Assembly: GCA_965223545.1 (NCBI GenBank)
Contig: OZ245006.1
Coordinates: 4,672,001-4,736,000, forward strand
DNA from: Planctomycetota bacterium
GTDB lineage: Bacteria > Planctomycetota > UBA1135 > UBA2386
DNA: 64,000 nt
Direction of reading: 5' to 3'
The notes beneath the pieces are model-generated. The model was not told the origin of the DNA, searched no databases, and saw only the letters and a program-made list of their open reading frames with translations. Shown in pieces: positions 40,476 to 50,885 of the stretch (its first letter is position 1; every line of letters starts with the position of its first letter). Position numbers and translations under genes: made by a program.

Positions 40476-42044
40476 ATGATCCACTGCCGTTGCCCCCTCG
40501 CTCTCTTCGCCTTCGCGGTCTTCGCCGCCGTGCCGGTCGCGGCGCAGGCCGCACACTCCCCGCCCGGAAGCGGCGTCACGATCAAGCCCCCCAAGGGCTG
40601 GCTCTGGCAGCCCGCCGCCGACGAGCGCGGCCAGGTGGTGCTCAGCTTCGCCGCGCCCCGGGCACTGGCGATGCGCTCGCGCGGCTCGCATTTGCCGGTG
40701 CTGCGCGTCGCGCGCCTGGCCGATGAAGAGCCCGCGCCGGCCGACATCGACGGACTGCCGGGCCGGGTCACGGGCCACGACGTCACCGACTACTTGCAGG
40801 GGGTCTACGGCAACGGCATGTTCGTCGCCGAGCGCACCGACGGGGAAATCGGGGGGCACCCTGCGGTGCTGTTCACCGCGCGGACCGCGCGCGACGAGAA
40901 CAAGATCGCGTGCTACGGCGCGCTCGTCCGCGGTCCACAGCGGATCATGGCCGAGTTCGAGATCGACAACGATCAGCTGGCGAAGCACCAAAAGGTGTTC
41001 GACCTCGCGATTGCCTCGTTGCGGATCGAAGCCCCCTCCGATACCGCGGCGCCGGTCGCTCCGTGGCAGGCGGATGCCGGCGACTGGCAGGCGATGGACG
41101 CCGCCGCGCGCCGCCGCGCGCGGCAGGCGCACGCGGAAGCGTGTGTGGAGGCGGCGGCGAAGGCCGATGAGCCCGGCTGGAAAGCGCACAAGAGCAAGTT
41201 CTGGACGGTGCGCAGCGCCGCTGGCGGCGGCGAGACCAAGAAGGCGATCAAGGCCGCCGAGGCCGCGCGCGCTTGGTGCGAGAAGACCTTCGCCGGCATC
41301 GGCGACGGTGGCCCCTTGCCGGCCGTGCTGCGCGTCTTCTCATCGCCCGACCACTACTCGGTGTTCAAGGCGAGGCTTAACGAGCAGCGAGAGTTCTCAC
41401 CCGAGCGGCGCGAGCTCTACTTCTACGAAGACCCCAACGCCGGTACCGCGGACGGCTGGGGCATGATGTTCCGCGCGGTGCTGTGGCAGTGGATCGACGA
41501 TGCCGCCCCGGGTTCGTTCGCGCACCTGCCGCGCTGGCTGGACAGCGGGCTGTCGGAGTACTTGCGCAGCAGCAAGCTCAAGGGCCGCAACATCGAGTTC
41601 CTCTCCAGCGAGGTCGAGAGCGGGCGCATCGACTACCAGCAGCGCAACGAGACCATGCCGGCGTTGTGGAACCTGGTCCAGGAGTCGATGCAGCCGAGCC
41701 CCGAGAACGGCGCTGTCGAGGAGCGCTGGGGATACACCCCGGAATGCGCGCGTCTGGTGCGCTGGGTGGTGGATCACGACGGCAGCAAGGCGTTCGGCAT
41801 GGAGTCGATGCTGTCGCGCTACATCGCGGGAGTCGCGGAAGCCGCGGCGGCGGTCGGCCCCGATCCGACCTTGCGCATCGACACGATGGCGCTCGACGCC
41901 GCGCAGGCCAAAACCCGACGCGAGCGCTACTACGCCTGGCGCGACCAGTTGCTCGTCGCCATCAACGACCGCGTCGTGCCGCTGGAGACGGACGCTTGGC
42001 AGGCTGCCAACGCCGCCTGGCTGCAGTTCAACAAGGACTTCTGA
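40476..42044 (+). CDS. Secreted hypothetical protein with degenerate peptidase-MA/DUF1570-like domain
   Basis: Signal peptide. LPRWLDSGLSEY resembles PxWxxEGxAEY, but no HExxH is present. Confidence 0.55.
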   Translation: MIHCRCPLALFAFAVFAAVPVAAQAAHSPPGSGVTIKPPKGWLWQPAADERGQVVLSFAAPRALAMRSRGSHLPVLRVARLADEEPAPADIDGLPGRVTGHDVTDYLQGVYGNGMFVAERTDGEIGGHPAVLFTARTARDENKIACYGALVRGPQRIMAEFEIDNDQLAKHQKVFDLAIASLRIEAPSDTAAPVAPWQADAGDWQAMDAAARRRARQAHAEACVEAAAKADEPGWKAHKSKFWTVRSAAGGGETKKAIKAAEAARAWCEKTFAGIGDGGPLPAVLRVFSSPDHYSVFKARLNEQREFSPERRELYFYEDPNAGTADGWGMMFRAVLWQWIDDAAPGSFAHLPRWLDSGLSEYLRSSKLKGRNIEFLSSEVESGRIDYQQRNETMPALWNLVQESMQPSPENGAVEERWGYTPECARLVRWVVDHDGSKAFGMESMLSRYIAGVAEAAAAVGPDPTLRIDTMALDAAQAKTRRERYYAWRDQLLVAINDRVVPLETDAWQAANAAWLQFNKDF

Positions 42045-42046
42045 CC

Positions 42047-43129
42047 TCAGCTGCGCGGCGCGCGCGCGATGTGTACCGGTCCTTGAACGTGCACCGTGCG
42101 CTGCGGAAACGGGATCTCGATCCCGGCGGCGTTGAGCCGGGTGTAGATCTCGGTGAGCAAGGCGTCGACGCAGCGTCCGCGCAGCTCCGGGTTCTCGATC
42201 CACACCATCAGCTCGAAATCGAGCGACGACTCGCCGAGGGCGCGGAATCGCACGCGCGGCTCGGGGTCCTGTTGCGCGTAGTCGACGGCCTCGGCGGCGG
42301 CGTGCAGAATGGCGCGCACCGCCTCGATGTCTGAGCCGTAGGCGACACCGACCGGCACGCGCACCCGCGACTTGGTCCACCGTCCGCCCGCCTCGTTGAT
42401 GATCTTGGCGGCGGCGATCTGCGCGTTGGGCAGCGTGATCTCGATATCGTCGCGGGTCAGCAACCGCGTGCTGCGCAGCCCGATCTTGGTCACTTCGCCG
42501 CGCTCGCCGGAGTCGAGGTTGATGTAGTCGCCGATCTTGTACGGCGCGTCGACGATGATGAAGAAGCCGCCGAACAGGTTGGCCAGGGTGTCCTTGGCGG
42601 CAAAGCCGAGCGCCAGGCCGGCGACGCCAGCCGAGGCCAGCCACGGTGCGACGTCCAGGTTCCATACCCGCAGCAGCGCGTAGACCAGGAGCAACACCAG
42701 GAGTGCGCGGCCGACGTTGTCGATCAAGGGCACCGTGCGGGCGTCGAGCCATTGCACACGGTCGGCGAGCCGGCCGATGGCGTCGAGCACCGGCCGGCAC
42801 ATGCGCCACAGTGCGCCGAACCACAGCAGCACCCCGAGCGTCTGCGTGATCCGGGCGACGACCTCGAGTGCTGCCGGCGACAGTCCCAACTCGCGCGCGG
42901 CCAAGAACACGCCGATCAAGACGGCGGTGACGAACACCGGCCGGGCGCATGAGCGGATCAGCGTGTCATCGAGCTCGGTGACGCTGTGCCGGGTGATCCG
43001 GCCGACGACACCGGTCAACAACAGCCGCGCGATGCCACCGGCGACCACCGCGATGCCGAGGATCACCAAGGCGCGCATCCACGGCTCGGGCAACGCCTCG
43101 TGCAGCACCGCGATCCATCGTTCGATCAT
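42047..43129 (-). CDS. mscS: Small-conductance mechanosensitive channel family protein
   Basis: GLALGFAAKDTLANLFGG, PYKIGDYI, IGLRST, GIEIPFPQR. Confidence 0.93.
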   Translation of the reverse strand: MIERWIAVLHEALPEPWMRALVILGIAVVAGGIARLLLTGVVGRITRHSVTELDDTLIRSCARPVFVTAVLIGVFLAARELGLSPAALEVVARITQTLGVLLWFGALWRMCRPVLDAIGRLADRVQWLDARTVPLIDNVGRALLVLLLVYALLRVWNLDVAPWLASAGVAGLALGFAAKDTLANLFGGFFIIVDAPYKIGDYINLDSGERGEVTKIGLRSTRLLTRDDIEITLPNAQIAAAKIINEAGGRWTKSRVRVPVGVAYGSDIEAVRAILHAAAEAVDYAQQDPEPRVRFRALGESSLDFELMVWIENPELRGRCVDALLTEIYTRLNAAGIEIPFPQRTVHVQGPVHIARAPRS

Positions 43130-43134
43130 GTCGA

Positions 43135-43166
43135 GAAGTACCGAGTCAGGCTCGATTTTCTCGCTA
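43135..43166. repeat. 32-bp REP-like palindromic element, copy B (core inverted relative to A)
   Basis: GAAGTACCGAG-TCAGG-CTCGATTTTCTCGCTA. Confidence 0.8.
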
Positions 43167-43198
43167 CCGCTGCCGTCGCCGCAACAGTTCGCTCCGCA

Positions 43199-43837
43199 TC
43201 AATCCCGCGTTCCGCCTTGCGGCCGGATGCCGGCGGCGCGCAGGCGCAGCACCAGCTTGGCCTGCGCCTCGCACAGCGCCTGGCGCGCGGTCTCGGCCGA
43301 CGCATAGCCCAGCTCGCCGGCGATCTCCGGGAAAGTCTTGTTCTCCATCAGCCGCAGCTCGAGCAGTGCGCGGTGGCGTGGCGGGAAGCCGTCGAGCACG
43401 GCGCGCACCGCGCTGGCCTGTTCCGACAACGCGGCCGCCAGCGGTGGGCCGTCCAGAGTCGGTGCCGTGGGTTCCGCGGCCCGCGGGGCGTCGACTCGGC
43501 GGCGCAGATCGCGGCGCTTGGATTCGTGGAACCGCACGGCGCTCAGCAAGTTGTTGCGCACGATCGTCGCCAGATAGCGCACGAACGCGCCCTCGGCCGG
43601 AAAGTCGGTGTCCTCGAGGTTGCGGATCGCGTCGGTGAGCACGTCCTGCACCACATCGCTGGTGCTGAACAGCGGCAGGATCCAGCGGTGTTGCGCGCGG
43701 AACCGTCCCTCGAGTTCGCGGTGGACGATCGCGCGCACGCGGTCGTGGACGCGCAGCACGAGGGCGTCCTGCGCCTCGCGCTCCCCTGCACGGGCGGCCG
43801 GAATCAGCGCCAGCAGGTCGGCTTCGGAGTCGGCCAT
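43199..43837 (-). CDS. ECF sigma-70 factor (planctomycete type)
   Basis: STSDVVQDV, AFVRYLATIVRN, RRD.RR, KTFPEIAGELG. Confidence 0.88.
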   Translation of the reverse strand: MADSEADLLALIPAARAGEREAQDALVLRVHDRVRAIVHRELEGRFRAQHRWILPLFSTSDVVQDVLTDAIRNLEDTDFPAEGAFVRYLATIVRNNLLSAVRFHESKRRDLRRRVDAPRAAEPTAPTLDGPPLAAALSEQASAVRAVLDGFPPRHRALLELRLMENKTFPEIAGELGYASAETARQALCEAQAKLVLRLRAAGIRPQGGTRD

Positions 43838-43852
43838 CGTTGCGCTCGGCGT

Positions 43853-45325
43853 TCAGAGGCGGACGAAGTGCGGCCACGCCTCGCCGACCGTCGTCGCGTC
43901 GCCGGCAAACCAGCGCAACATCACGGTGGCGCCGTACCACGCCGGCACCGGCGCGAACTGCAGCGTGCCGGCCTGCGGATCACCGCACAGCACGTTCGCG
44001 GGATTGCGTACCACGGCATCGGCCTGCACGAACGGCACCACGCTGGCGAGCGGTGTCACGAGTAGCACGGCGGCCCCGGGGTTGGCGACGTTGCCCGGCC
44101 AGCCGATCAGCGGCGAGACGAAGCGCAGCAGGCCCGTCGAGTGGTCGAACTCCCGGAATGCCGCCGCGCTCAGCACCGGCTTGCGAAACAACCCGGTCGT
44201 CGCCTGGGGCGTGCCGTGCACGTAGAACGCGTTGTTTGGGCGCCCGCCGGCGAGGGTCGACCGCCGTGGAACGCTCGGATCCATCGAGCAGATCGCGTCG
44301 ATGTCGTCGACGCCGATCAGGCCGATCGTCGACGACAGCGGCGTACCGGTCGAGGTGGTGTACGGCACCGGGATCGCGGTGCGGCAGCCGGGCGCCCAGG
44401 AGAAGAACATCAGTGGGTCGCGGGGCACGATGCGAATGTCGGTCGAGAACAGCATCTGCTGCCCGTCGATGTCGATTCCCAGGCCGTCGATGTCTTCCTT
44501 GTCCGACAGGGACAGGTCGGCGTAGCTGCGCCACACGCGTGGACACGTCCAGATGCCTGCGGTCGGCAGCCAGCTCACGCAGAGGATCGTGGCCCCGCTG
44601 GGCAGTGGACCGGTCTGCGACGAGAACCACTGCGCCGGCGCCAGCTTGGCGCTCGCGCTGGTCAGCGAGAAGTAGATGTTGGTCTGCGCCAGCATCATGC
44701 CACCGCCGCGTGGGTCGACCGTCGTGTTGCCGACGCGGTCGTCGAGCGCGTGGTAGGGCACGAACATATCGAAGCCCGCCACGTCACCGCGCAACCCCAC
44801 CTCGGCCGCGTCGTACGCTCGCTCGGTTTGCCCCACCAACGCCGCTGGAATCGCCAGCTCGCTGCCCGGCAGCACGTAGGAGTAGATGTCGGCCTCGACC
44901 GAGGAGCCCGCCGCGCGCTCGGCCGCGATGCGCGAACCGCGCCTTCCCCCGGTGCCGCGGGTCAGGGACAACGTCACCGCCGCCCACCGGCCGGGCGGCA
45001 CCATCGCGCGGCCGGCGCAGTCGCCGATGACCCAATCCTCGCCGATCGAGATCGCGTCGACCTCGAGCGGAGTCCGCGTGCACTTGCGCAGCAGCTGCTG
45101 CAGATCGAAGTCGGGTCGCAGCGGTGGCAGCCCGCCGGGCCAGGCGCCGGGCGCCTTGCCGTCGAGTCCGGCACGCTTGTGGTACATCTGGTCGGGGGCC
45201 AGCGCACCGCTACCGTGCACCATGAACGCGCCCGGCACGCCGGCGAACGGTCCGGCTGACTCCGGGCACTGTGCGGCGACCGCGCCGCTGGCGACGAGGA
45301 GGGATACGAAGGGAGCTGCGCGCAC
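43853..45325 (-). CDS. Secreted hypothetical protein with D-[IV]-D-[AG] repeats and possible divergent C-terminal domain
   Basis: Signal peptide VAA-QC; EVDAIS, DIDGLG, DIDAIC repeats. Start uncertain. Confidence 0.65.
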   Translation of the reverse strand: MRAAPFVSLLVASGAVAAQCPESAGPFAGVPGAFMVHGSGALAPDQMYHKRAGLDGKAPGAWPGGLPPLRPDFDLQQLLRKCTRTPLEVDAISIGEDWVIGDCAGRAMVPPGRWAAVTLSLTRGTGGRRGSRIAAERAAGSSVEADIYSYVLPGSELAIPAALVGQTERAYDAAEVGLRGDVAGFDMFVPYHALDDRVGNTTVDPRGGGMMLAQTNIYFSLTSASAKLAPAQWFSSQTGPLPSGATILCVSWLPTAGIWTCPRVWRSYADLSLSDKEDIDGLGIDIDGQQMLFSTDIRIVPRDPLMFFSWAPGCRTAIPVPYTTSTGTPLSSTIGLIGVDDIDAICSMDPSVPRRSTLAGGRPNNAFYVHGTPQATTGLFRKPVLSAAAFREFDHSTGLLRFVSPLIGWPGNVANPGAAVLLVTPLASVVPFVQADAVVRNPANVLCGDPQAGTLQFAPVPAWYGATVMLRWFAGDATTVGEAWPHFVRL

Positions 45326-45451
45326 GGTAGGCCTCGTGAGTTGCGGGATTGGCGTCCAGGTACAACGCCGGAGCGCTGCCGGACCCCAGGACAAATCCGC
45401 CGAGAATCCCGCGATCCTACCAAGACGCGCGCGCCGCTGCCGCGCAGGCCG

Positions 45452-47068
45452 CTACTGCAGCCCCTTCACCACGGCGTTGGAGGCGGACAGCCCCTGTGGC
45501 CCGCCGGCATCGAGCACCCAGGATTGGATCGAGAGCTCGGTGGCCACCGGGACGAACGTCGGCATTCGCGCCACCAACCCCGCGCTTCCCAGCGCATCAG
45601 TGATCAGCGGGACGAGCGCGGTCCAGTGCGGCACCAGGGTGCCACCGGCGAACGGTAGGTTGACGCGGGCGTTGCCGAGCACGTGCACGCCCGGCGCCGT
45701 GGCGAGCGCGCCGGTCAGCGCGAGGGACAGCGGTGCCGACGGCTGCAGGTAGCCGCGGACCTCGAGGGCCGGCGTCCCGGCGCTGCCGGCGAGGCCGGCC
45801 GGCACCGTCATCCATTTCTCCCGCACCAGCCGCATCAGTCGGCCCGCGCCGCCGTTGACGACGATCTCGCCCAGCGAGTCGAGCCCCAGCCCGAGCGCGC
45901 GGGTGCCGAAGCAGGGCGCCTCGTAGATCCAGCCCAACCGACCGTCGGGCTCGTAGCGGATCACCGTCGTGCCCAGGCCGCGGGGCGCGGTGGGCGAGCA
46001 GCCGGGAGTCCCCGACAAGCCGCTGGCGTAGACGCCGCCGTCCGGCCCGACCGCGATCGCGGTGCCGAACTCGTCGTTGAAGTCGAAGCCGTCGTGGGTC
46101 GTGCCCCACAACAGATTGCCGGCCGGATCGAACTTCGCGACCAACCAGTCCTGGTAGCCGTACCGCCCGGTACCCCAGCCGATGGCGACGACGTTGCCGG
46201 CGGCGTCCATCGCCAAGCGCTGCAGATTGCCGAATGCGCTGTGCGGCGTGCGGTGCACCGCCGCCCACTGCTTGATTCCGGCCGCGTCCCAGTGCACCAA
46301 CGTCCCGCCCGCTCGCGAGTCCAGGCCACACGCGAACACCGAGCCATCGGCGGCGAGCAGCACGTCGTGGCCACCGCGAACGGGGCTGTGGACGTCGCCG
46401 AACACCTCGCGACCGTTCTCGTCATAGACCACCACCGCCATCGTGACGTTGGTGCTGCCACTGACAGCGACCCTGCCGGACGGGCTGACCGCCATCGCTT
46501 GCGGCGTGTCCTGATTGAGGCCGAAGTCCCGCTGGTTGCGCCACACCTCGTTGCCGTCGGGGTCGTACTTGATCGTCAGGAAGTCGTCGCGGCGCCCGGT
46601 GAGATCGAACACGCGGCCGAAGACGTAGACGTTGTCGGCGGCGTCCACCTCGACGCGGTATCCCTCGTTCGACGCCGGCGCGACCACGCTCCACAGCTCG
46701 GTTCCGTTGGCGCTGAACTTCACCGTCATCATGCCGCCGGGCACCGTCGTGCCGCCGTTGCGGTGGCCAGTGACGATAATGCTTCCGCGAGAGTCGACCG
46801 TCATCCAGCGGGAGTGTTCGTTCACCAGCGGGCTGCCGGAGCTCTGCTCCCAGATGAGGTTGCCGCGAGGGTCGAACTTGCGCGCGTAGAAGTCCTTCAG
46901 CGGCCCACTCCCGTCGACGCAGATGTTGTTCTGGAAGTCGAAGCGGAAGCGTGTGGCCCAGGATTGGATGCGCCAATCTTCCGTCACCGGCTGGGTCGCT
47001 GGTCGGACGGAGAGTGCGAGGGCAAACAGCGCGGCGAGCGCGCACCGGGCGGCGGTAGGAGGCGTCAT
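45452..47068 (-). CDS. Secreted SBBP-like beta-propeller protein with shared C-terminal domain
   Basis: Repeated K[FY]DxxGNxxW and VDxxxN blades; C-terminal ...QSWVLDAGGPQGLSASNAV. Confidence 0.8.
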   Translation of the reverse strand: MTPPTAARCALAALFALALSVRPATQPVTEDWRIQSWATRFRFDFQNNICVDGSGPLKDFYARKFDPRGNLIWEQSSGSPLVNEHSRWMTVDSRGSIIVTGHRNGGTTVPGGMMTVKFSANGTELWSVVAPASNEGYRVEVDAADNVYVFGRVFDLTGRRDDFLTIKYDPDGNEVWRNQRDFGLNQDTPQAMAVSPSGRVAVSGSTNVTMAVVVYDENGREVFGDVHSPVRGGHDVLLAADGSVFACGLDSRAGGTLVHWDAAGIKQWAAVHRTPHSAFGNLQRLAMDAAGNVVAIGWGTGRYGYQDWLVAKFDPAGNLLWGTTHDGFDFNDEFGTAIAVGPDGGVYASGLSGTPGCSPTAPRGLGTTVIRYEPDGRLGWIYEAPCFGTRALGLGLDSLGEIVVNGGAGRLMRLVREKWMTVPAGLAGSAGTPALEVRGYLQPSAPLSLALTGALATAPGVHVLGNARVNLPFAGGTLVPHWTALVPLITDALGSAGLVARMPTFVPVATELSIQSWVLDAGGPQGLSASNAVVKGLQ

Positions 47069-47304
47069 TGCGGACTCCGATTCTGAAACCAGGTGGAGGT
47101 GGCCGCGTGCAGCGGCCGCTTCACCGGTGAGCGAACACCGTGCCGCAATACCGGTCGGCGTCGGTGTGCCCCGCGCGCCGCGCTTCTGTCCGGTCGTCGA
47201 ACACAGGGGTGGCCGGCTTCGAGGCACTTGGCCCACATCGGTGTTGGCGGCACGAGCGTTGCGCCGATGGCACTCGTTCTTCTTCCGAGTCCTGAACCCA
47301 CGAG

Positions 47305-48231
47305 GTGATCTCCGTGCGCCGAACCGCATTCGTTGCTGCCGTCTCGCTGCCCTTGGCAGCGGTTCCCGCTGTCGCGCAGTCGTGCACGAAGGTCATGGCC
47401 GAAGCCAACATGGGGCAGCCGCACCGGGCGACCCAGTTCACGCCGACGACCGTGGCGTTCCTGGTGCCGGGAGACCCGGCGGCGAAGACGATCTGCGCCA
47501 TCGAGCTCTACTGCTACACCCGCAACGCGGCCCCGGTGCAGCTGCCGGTCTGGATCTACGACCGCGCGCCCAGCGGTGCGCCGGGCAATCCCCTGGCCAG
47601 CGGCACGATGCTAGTGGACACCGCGGCCGCCGTCTATCGCGCTTCGATCAGGGCGTCATTGCCAGCCGGCGCCGACTTCTTCATCGCCTTCGACAACGCC
47701 GCCGGCAACCTGGCCCCGCCGGTGTCACGGACCGGCGTGGTCGGCACGCACTACCACTCGGGGCCCAACTGGGCGGGACCGTACGGCAGTGGAGCCTGGA
47801 TGTACCGTGTGTACGACGACAGCGGTGTGCAAGCCGCGACGTTCACCACGGTCGGTTCCGGCTGCGCCGGTTCGCTCGGCGTGCCGCGCATCGGCAACGT
47901 CGGCCAGCCCGTCACCGGATCGATCTTTCAGGTGACGTTGGCGAACGCGCCCGCGACCGGCCCGGTGGCACACGTGATCGGTACCGTCGCGACCGCGCTC
48001 GATCTCGGCCCGTTGGGTGCGCCGGGCTGTACCGCCGAGCAGCTGCCGATCGTCGCCCTGCCGCGGAGCACGACGCCGACTGGCGCCGCCGCGGTGGCCT
48101 ACCGCGTGCCTGCGGACCCCGCGCTGATCGGCGCCGTGCTGCGCATGCAGTGGGTCGTGGTCGACCCGCCCGCCAATCCGCTGGGAGTCGTGGTCAGCAA
48201 GGGCGGGGTCGCGCAGGTCGGCGACTTCTGA
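47305..48231 (+). CDS. Secreted hypothetical protein with shared C-terminal domain
   Basis: Signal peptide AVA-Q; C-terminal GSGCAGSLGVP...QWVVVDPPANPLGVVVS. Confidence 0.75.
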   Translation: MISVRRTAFVAAVSLPLAAVPAVAQSCTKVMAEANMGQPHRATQFTPTTVAFLVPGDPAAKTICAIELYCYTRNAAPVQLPVWIYDRAPSGAPGNPLASGTMLVDTAAAVYRASIRASLPAGADFFIAFDNAAGNLAPPVSRTGVVGTHYHSGPNWAGPYGSGAWMYRVYDDSGVQAATFTTVGSGCAGSLGVPRIGNVGQPVTGSIFQVTLANAPATGPVAHVIGTVATALDLGPLGAPGCTAEQLPIVALPRSTTPTGAAAVAYRVPADPALIGAVLRMQWVVVDPPANPLGVVVSKGGVAQVGDF

Positions 48232-48246
48232 CCGAGTGGGACGAGC

Positions 48247-50784
48247 TCAACGAAAGCCGAGCTCCAGCCCGTTGGTGTAGCCGATGCCCGAGGCGCGCGC
48301 GCCGTCGACGATGAAGCACTGCAAGAACACCTGTGCGCCACTGGCGGCAGGCGGCACCGGCCACGACAGGGAGGCCTTGCCCGCGCCCGCTCCGGCGCCC
48401 GCCAGTGCCAGGGGAACGGCGACCAGCGGGGGCGCCACCAGCAGCTGAGTGCCCGGCAACGGGGTGCCAGGCAGCGCTGCGCGCGCGGTGCCGAACACGA
48501 GCGCGGCGGGCGCGCCGCCGAGTGCGCCCGTCACCCGCAGCTCGGTCACCTCGCCGACCCGGAACGGGCCGCTGGCTCCCAATGCCGGCACCGCCCCGCC
48601 GGTGCCCTGGGTCGCCGTCCCATATTGCTGGCGGAAGCCGCCGTCGAGCGTCGTTCCCCGCACCATGCGGTCGCCGGCCCACGCATCCTGGTCACCATCG
48701 CCATCGGTGTCGAAGACGAGCTGGAACGGAATGGCTTGCAAGAACGGCGCGTGCCAGCCGCCGCCCACCTTGCCGCGGATCACCCAGGTCGTGTCCGGCG
48801 CGAAGTTCTCCTCACCGGCGAGGATGTCGGGAGCTCCGTCCTGGTCGACGTCGGTGCACGCCAAGCGCAAGAAGCGCAGGATGCGGGTGGGGATCGTGTG
48901 GGTGCCGAAGGTTCGGTTTCCCAGGTTCTCGTAGACGATGACCGCCCCCGTCGTGGCTTGGCAGACGTCGAGGTCGCCGTCGCCGTCGGCATCGGCGATC
49001 AGGTCGCGACCCAACGTCCCGATCGCGGTCGGGCTCGGATCCCAGATGCCCGCGCCGCTGCCCCAGTAGAGCTGGTGGTCCAGGGTCAGCACGTCGATCC
49101 AGCCGTCGCCGTCGACGTCGGCAGCGGCGGACGGCCGATCGGAGAACGCGGTGGCCGGACCCTGGCTGAAGAAGCCACTGCCGTCGTTGATGCCGGCGAA
49201 CGCCGTCGCCTGATCCGGCACTAGGTCGAGATCGCCGTCACCATCCAGATCCACCGTCAGCACCTGGCCGGGCAAGCCGCGGCTGGGTGGTGCGGTCAAG
49301 AGGCTCACGCCGGGGGCGGCCGCCGGCCCGCCGTCGACGAGCAGGCCGCCGCCCTCGTTGCGAAGCAGCACCAGCTGGAAGAAGAGCCCGCCATCTTGCT
49401 GAGGCGCGATCTGGTCGTCGTCGCCATCGCCGTCGAAGTCACCGGCCCACGCGCTCGACTCGAGGCTGGGGATCGGCGGTCGGGTGGGTTGAAGGACGCG
49501 CATCCAGCCGGCCCCATCGTTGATCAGATACTGCACTCGGCTGCCCAGGGGCACCCGCACGTCCAGGTCGCCGTCGCCGTCGAAGTCGAGTTCGTTGCCG
49601 CTGAAGGTCTGTGGCGAGCCGCTGAACGGCTGCGGCACCCGCCGGAAGCCGTCCTGGTTGAGCAGCACGCTGCGGCCGGCCAGCAGGTCTGGGTCGCCGT
49701 CGCCATCGAGGTCGGCGAGGCCGGCGAGGCCGGAGCTTCCCAGCGCGGGGATCGACCAGAAAGTGCTGAACTGGCCGGTGCCGTCGTTGAGCGAGACCAG
49801 AAACGGAGTGCGGCGGAGGTTGGCGCCGCTCAGAGGCATGCGAAACGATGGGTTGCAGGCAGCCGCGTCGAGGTCGCCGTCGCCGTCGAGGTCGGCGAGT
49901 TGCTCGCACGCGACGAGATTCTGCACGGGTTCGGCGACGAAGGTCGGCCCGGTGGCGCGCTGCACCGCGCTCCTCGCGGCGCCGTCGGAGACCACGATGT
50001 CCAGATCGGCGTCGCCATCGATGTCCCCGACGGCCGCAAGGTACACGCCGAACGACGCGGAGACCCCGTGGAGCCAAGACGCCGTGGAGCTGAGCGAAGC
50101 ACCATCGAAGTCGTAGATCGTGCACTGGCGCGCATCGGTGACCAACAGCTCGGTCTTGCCGTCGCGATCGAGGTCGACGACGTCGATGTCGAACGCCGCG
50201 CCGGTCGCGCTGGCCGCGATCGGGAACGAGGTGCCGCGGTTGAGGCGGATGCGGAATCCAGTGCCCGACACGGGGTCGTGGCCGGCGACGATGAGATCGT
50301 CGGCGCCATCGCCGTCCAGGTCGGCGGTGATGATCCTGCTCGCGGCCGCCGTGGTCGTCCACGCGGCCATCGGCACGGGTTGGCCGGTCGCGCGCGATTG
50401 GAGCAACATGGTCGTGCCGTCGTCGAAGATCAGTGCTACGTCGGCGCGCCCGTCGCCGTCGAAGTCGCCGGTACCCGATGCGGCGAGGGTATTGACGAAG
50501 GTCATCGACCACGCTGCGTCGAACCACCCCGAGCCGTCGTTGAACCAGGCGGAGACCTTTGACCCGGTGGCCGTCAGCATCCAGCCGACAGCGTCGAGGT
50601 CGCCGTCCGCGTCGAGGTCCGCGGTGTGCAGCGCGCGCTCGGTCTCATCGAAGGCGATCACCGGCGCGTCGAACGGCGGCTCTGGTCGCTGCGCTCCTGC
50701 GAGGTCGGTGCCGAGGAGGACGCCGAGTGCGGCGAGCGGAAGGAGGGTGGGCGGCGGTGGCCCCGGCGTGCGTTCACAGGACAT
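48247..50784 (-). CDS. Secreted FG-GAP/VCBS-repeat protein with shared C-terminal domain
   Basis: Many DxDGDGDxD Ca-binding repeats; C-terminal ...FLQCFIVDG..SGIGYTNGL. Confidence 0.9.
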   Translation of the reverse strand: MSCERTPGPPPPTLLPLAALGVLLGTDLAGAQRPEPPFDAPVIAFDETERALHTADLDADGDLDAVGWMLTATGSKVSAWFNDGSGWFDAAWSMTFVNTLAASGTGDFDGDGRADVALIFDDGTTMLLQSRATGQPVPMAAWTTTAAASRIITADLDGDGADDLIVAGHDPVSGTGFRIRLNRGTSFPIAASATGAAFDIDVVDLDRDGKTELLVTDARQCTIYDFDGASLSSTASWLHGVSASFGVYLAAVGDIDGDADLDIVVSDGAARSAVQRATGPTFVAEPVQNLVACEQLADLDGDGDLDAAACNPSFRMPLSGANLRRTPFLVSLNDGTGQFSTFWSIPALGSSGLAGLADLDGDGDPDLLAGRSVLLNQDGFRRVPQPFSGSPQTFSGNELDFDGDGDLDVRVPLGSRVQYLINDGAGWMRVLQPTRPPIPSLESSAWAGDFDGDGDDDQIAPQQDGGLFFQLVLLRNEGGGLLVDGGPAAAPGVSLLTAPPSRGLPGQVLTVDLDGDGDLDLVPDQATAFAGINDGSGFFSQGPATAFSDRPSAAADVDGDGWIDVLTLDHQLYWGSGAGIWDPSPTAIGTLGRDLIADADGDGDLDVCQATTGAVIVYENLGNRTFGTHTIPTRILRFLRLACTDVDQDGAPDILAGEENFAPDTTWVIRGKVGGGWHAPFLQAIPFQLVFDTDGDGDQDAWAGDRMVRGTTLDGGFRQQYGTATQGTGGAVPALGASGPFRVGEVTELRVTGALGGAPAALVFGTARAALPGTPLPGTQLLVAPPLVAVPLALAGAGAGAGKASLSWPVPPAASGAQVFLQCFIVDGARASGIGYTNGLELGFR

Positions 50785-50885
50785 CGATCAGCTCCTCCGG
50801 AGGGCGTGGCCGCTGGCGCCACGCGGGGCCGACCATTGTAGCGCGTCGTGCGGCTCGGTGTCGGTGGGCCTAAGATCGGGGGCGC

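Noticed and set aside
48700..50620. Recurrent gtcgccgtcgccgtcga-like repeats as a possible CRISPR or tandem array
   Set aside because: They encode FG-GAP DxDGDGD motifs, with irregular spacing and no cas genes.
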